Below, piece by piece: positions 62,488-64,000 of a stretch of 64,000 bases of DNA. Within the stretch, counting starts at the first letter, position 1. Each line of letters begins with the position of its first letter. Source of the DNA: Cetorhinus maximus (taxonomy: Eukaryota); the NCBI RefSeq assembly GCF_964194155.1, contig NC_135904.1, positions 14,260,001 to 14,324,000 on the forward strand. Reading direction: 5' to 3'. Made by a program: the position numbers and the translations under genes. Under the pieces are notes generated by a model that made no database searches, was not told the DNA's origin, and worked only from the letters and a program-made list of their open reading frames with translations.

Positions 62488-64000
62488 TGGGGGAGTGGTG
62501 ATGTCACTAGACCAGGAATCCAGAGGCCCAGGTGAATGCTCTGGGGTCACGGGTTCAATTCCCACCATGGCAGCTGGTGGAATTTAATTCAATTAATAAA
62601 ATCTGGAATTGAAAGCTAGTCTAATGGTGACCATGAAACCATTGTCGATTGACATAAATGTCCCTTACCTGGTCTAGCCTACATGCGACTCCAGACCCAC
62701 TGCAATGTGGTTGACTCTTAACTGCCCCTCTGAAATGGCCAAGTAAGCCACTCAGTTGTATCAAACCACTAAAAAGCCTACAAAAGGGAATGAAACTGGA
62801 TGGACCTGGCATCGACCTAGGCACGGGAAAGAACAACAGTAAACTCAGCCCTGTCGACCCTGCAAAGTCCTCCTTACTAACATCTGGGGGCTAGTGCCGA
62901 AATTGGGAGAGCTGTCTCACAGACTAGTCAAGAAACAGCCTGACATAGTCATCCTCACAGATAATGACCCAGACACCACCATCACCATCCCTGGATATGT
63001 TCTATCCCACTGGCAGGACAGATCCAGCAGAGGTGGCGGCACAGTGGTATACAGTTACCCTGGGAGTCCTCAACATTTATACCAGAACCCATGAAGTCTC
63101 ATGGCATCAGGTCAAAAATGGGCAAGGAAATCTCCTGCTGATTAGCACGTACTGCCCTCCCTCAGCTGATGAATCAGTGCTCCCCCATGTTGAACACCAC
63201 TTGGAGGAAGCACTGAGGGTGACAAGGACGCAGAATGTACTCTGGGTGGGGGAGTTTAATGTCCATCACCAAGAGTGGCGCGGTAGCACCACTACTGACT
63301 GAGTTGGCCGAGTCCTAAAGGACATAGCTCCTAGACTGGGTCTGCGGCAGGTGGTGAGGGAACCAAGAGGGAAAGTCATACTTGACCTCATCCTCACCAA
63401 CCCGCCTGCCGCAGATGCATCTGCCCATGATGGTATCGGTAGGAGTGACCTCCGCACAGTCATTGTGGAGATGAAGTTCTCCTTGAAGACACCCTCCATC
63501 ATGTTGTGTGTCACTATCACCGTGCTAAATGGGATAGATTTCGAACGGATCCAACAACTCGAGACTGAGCATCCATGAGGCGCTGTGGGCCATCAGCAGC
63601 AGCAGGGTTATACTCAACCACATTCTGTAACCGGCAAATCCCCCACCCTACCATTACTATCAAGCCAGGGGATCAATCCTGGTTCAATGAAGAGTGCAGG
63701 AGGGCATGCCAGCAGCAGCACCAGGCATACCTAAAAATGAGGTGTCAACCTGGTGAAGCTACAACAGAGGACTATTTGCACGCCAAACAGCATAAGCAGC
63801 AAGTGATGGACAGAGCTAAGCAATTCCACAACCAATGGATCAGATTTAAGCCCTGTAGTCATGCCAAATTCAGTCGTGAATGGTGGTGGACAATTAAACA
63901 ACTCACTGGAAGAGGCGGCTCCACAAATATCCCCGTCCTCAATGATGGAGGAGCCCAGCACATCAGTGCAAAAGATAAGGCTGAAGCATTTGCTAAGGTC
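62488..64000 (+). mobile_element. 5' end of a LINE: tRNA-like head, SINE-like body, then a decayed APE endonuclease ORF running off the window
   Basis: A-box-like TGGGGGAGTGG (62488-62498); B-box GGTTCAATTCC (62552-62562). ORF from ~62861: CKVLLTNIWGLVPKLGEL..PDIVILT..IPGY..DRSSRGGG..TYCPPS..WVGEFNVHHQEW..ILDLILTN..SD. Confidence 0.85.

Noticed and set aside
62488-62570. Functional tRNA gene
   Set aside because: Acceptor and anticodon stems are broken and the sequence continues into a retroelement body; treated as a tRNA-derived head.

Overview
Vertebrate genomic DNA, most likely a cartilaginous fish (shark), judged from its repeat content: esterase-ORF1 CR1 LINEs, Penelope elements and DeuSINE/SacSINE1-like SINEs. 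Four protein-coding genes were read by hand: the first coding exon of HACD3 (minus strand, gene runs off the left edge); a complete 8-exon BTBD1 (plus, 6529-22106, 491 aa); a complete 4-exon C15orf40/UPF0235 gene (plus, 26345-30836); and the last coding exon of RAMAC/FAM103A1 (minus, 61875-61698), which the ORF track misses. BTBD1 > C15orf40 > < RAMAC matches the human 15q25.2 order as I recall it, whereas HACD3 head-to-head with BTBD1 does not. Much of the window is decayed and often nested transposons (CR1, a second CR1/L2-group LINE, L2, L1, Penelope, SINEs, a solo LTR, a hAT-like MITE), plus several tandem arrays and an assembly gap (6029-6451). The most unusual signals are a LINE whose 5' end is a tRNA-like Pol III head leading into an APE endonuclease ORF, minimal hammerhead-ribozyme cores in Penelope terminal repeats, a ~370-bp piece of the BTBD1 3'UTR copied into a CR1 relic, and a SOX-site cluster. 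No CRISPR-like or prokaryotic system is present, and I cannot confirm a wholly new biological system from the sequence alone. Repeat family names and human comparisons come from recall, not database searches; repeat boundaries are approximate.
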